Positions 62,124 to 64,000 of a DNA stretch of 64,000 nucleotides are shown here, one piece after another; position 1 is the first letter of the stretch, and every line of letters begins with the position of its first letter. A model generated the notes under the pieces. It saw nothing but the letters and a program-made list of their open reading frames with translations. It was not told where the DNA came from and searched no databases. The stretch comes from Macrostomum hystrix (taxonomy: Eukaryota > Animalia > Platyhelminthes): positions 1,426,001 to 1,490,000 of the forward strand of contig CATNEN010000029.1 of NCBI GenBank assembly GCA_950097015.1. Direction: 5' to 3'. The position numbers were made by a program, and so were the translations under genes.

Positions 62124-63639
62124 CCTGAGACCAAGCAGGAAAGCAAGGTGTGGGCGTTGAAGGGTTCAGATCCACCTGTGAAGGCGAAGCGAGACCAGCA
62201 CTGCAAGAAGATCATGTTGACCCTTTTTTCGATCAAGAATGTCCCCTGACCATCGACTTCCTTGAGCCTAACAGCAAGGTTAACTCGGACCGGTACACGG
62301 AGACGCTGATTAAGCTGAAATCAGACATCCGCAACAAGCGCAGGACTGCGATGAAGCCTCACCTCCTGTTGCACGACAATGCTCGACCTCACACGGCCAA
62401 GAAAACGCTTGATCGTATCAACGAACTCAATTTTGATCTGCTTGCGCACCCGCCCTACTCACCAGACTTGGCTCCTTGCGACTACGCAATTTTCCCTCAG
62501 TTAAAGAAGCACCTGCGGGGGCGCATCTTTGACCATCGCGACAACTTGGAAGGAGAAGTCAGGCGGGTTCTGCTGCACGAAATTCCGCGTCGAGCTTATG
62601 CAGATGCCATCAATGCGCTTCTCACGCGATGGACTAAGTGCTGCGAGCTAAGGGGGGACTTCGTCGAAAAGTCGTCAGTCGACGGCGATGGCGATGCTGC
62701 GTGACCGATTCCGCTGGCCTTGACTTGGTGTAACTCTACAATTACCCCTTGTTCTAATTTTAGCCATAACTTTTTAATGAATTGACAAATTTTCTTGATT
62801 AAAAAAACGTTTGAACTGCTGAATGTTTATTCATCAGTGACGTGAGTTTCAATAAACTATGTTTCACCAGTTTGCCTGTGCATCGATTTTTCCCGCTATT
62901 TCTGGGACACCCTACGTATAAGGACTCTGAGTTGCATGCAAATAATTCCATTTAAAGAAAGTGAGCAACAAACAATAGTTTTCACGAAATTGCGAGTACA
63001 TATATTGCCGAAATCGTTCGGTTCTCATTTGCGGATATCTATATAAACCGTGCATTTAGCAGCTCCTTAGACTAAAACAAATACGAAGAGAAGGAGAGAA
63101 AGTTGGGGCGAGAGAAAATGAACGAGAGAAACTCTAGGCGTAAACACAACAATATACCAGCAAAGACAGGTCCTGGACAAATAGGGGGATAAAAGTGTAG
63201 GCATTTTTGTCAATTTCTTGTTGCCTGCTTTAGTTGTACAAAATACAAGCTCATATTAGATGATATAATGAGTTCTATAATCAATCTAGCTAGTTGTTTT
63301 TTGTGCATGCATATAACCAGTGGGAACATTGCCAATTAGTAAAAACTGGTATTATCTATCGCAATCCTAAAAGAATCAGACAGACTAAAATTAAATATTT
63401 TTAATATATTCAACAAACTTAGTCGCAAAAATGGCCTACGAAGAAGACACTTCAGTATTGGACAGTCTCGAGGGAAAATTTAAACAAATATTTACTGAAG
63501 ACAATAACTCATAAATAACTTATTTTTAGGAAAAACTGGGTACGGAAGATGCGCAAAGAATATGAGCAAAGGAGAGGAACAGAAAACTGGGGGAAGGAGA
63601 GAATAGATAGAGACAAGGAATTGTAGATAAGTGAGTGGA

Positions 63640-64000
63640 AGGGAAGATAAGGGAGGGGAAGGGTAGAAAAGGGAGCGGAAGGGAAGATAAGGGAGCGGAA
63701 GGGAAGATAAGGGAGTGGAAGGGTAGATAGGGGAGTGGAAGGGTAGATAAGGGAGTGGAAGGGTAGATAAGGGAGTGGAAGGGTAGATAAGGGAGTGGAA
63801 GGAAGATAAGGGAGTGGAAGGGTAGATAAGGGAGTGGAAGGGTAGAAAAGGGAGTGGAAGGGTAGATAAGGAAGGGAAAGGTAGATAAGGGAGTGGAAGG
63901 GTAGATAGGGGAGTGGAAGAGTAGATAGGGGAGTGAAAGGGTAGATAAGGGAGTGGAAGGGTAGATAGGGGAGTGGAAGAGTAGATAGGGGAGTGGAAGG
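63640..64000. repeat. 20-bp purine-rich minisatellite (GGGAGTGGAAGGGTAGATAA)n, runs off the window
   Basis: Direct reading. Confidence 0.92.

Larger units (their letters stand above)
59431..62916 (+). mobile_element. Mariner (DD34D) element with ~155-180-bp TIRs and nested insertions
   Basis: TA|CGAGGGGTGTCCCAGAAATAGCGGGAAAA at 59431 and its inverse ending at 62916|TA. Transposase pieces: ADRLGSPK, WVPRFL (~61480), VTGDDTW (~61600), and after the MITE HDNARPH...HPPYSPDLAPCDY with 34 residues between the last two Asp. Confidence 0.9.

Noticed and set aside
62150-62704. Intact 184-aa gene
   Set aside because: It is the 3' part of a mariner transposase interrupted by the MITE, with a frameshift near 62225.

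Overview
AT-rich eukaryotic (metazoan) genomic DNA with GC-rich, polyQ-containing exons and many different minisatellites. The style suggests a free-living flatworm such as Macrostomum; this is inference only. Eight spliced gene models were assembled by hand with phase-consistent junctions: a CxxC plus degenerate-KH protein (-); a Stum/SPEC3 membrane protein with a PPxY tail (+); three tandem ERR/NR3B-like nuclear receptors (-); CSPP1 (10 exons, -); host cell factor (3 exons, +); and a secreted protein with an unknown N-terminal region and a divergent fibrinogen domain (-). Mobile DNA comprises two decayed long-TIR DD34D mariners, one containing an internally deleted THAP/P-type transposase and a 9-bp-TSD foldback MITE, plus other MITEs and two SINE-like families. 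The most notable system is the nuclear receptor triplet. The paralogs have diverged P-boxes (EACKA, NACKA, NACKT) and expanded D-boxes, and share no intron position. The layout is compatible with one upstream promoter and spliced-leader trans-splicing, and the middle gene appears to need the leader's terminal AUG as its start codon. Most very long ORFs in the supplied track are by-products of stop-free tandem repeats.
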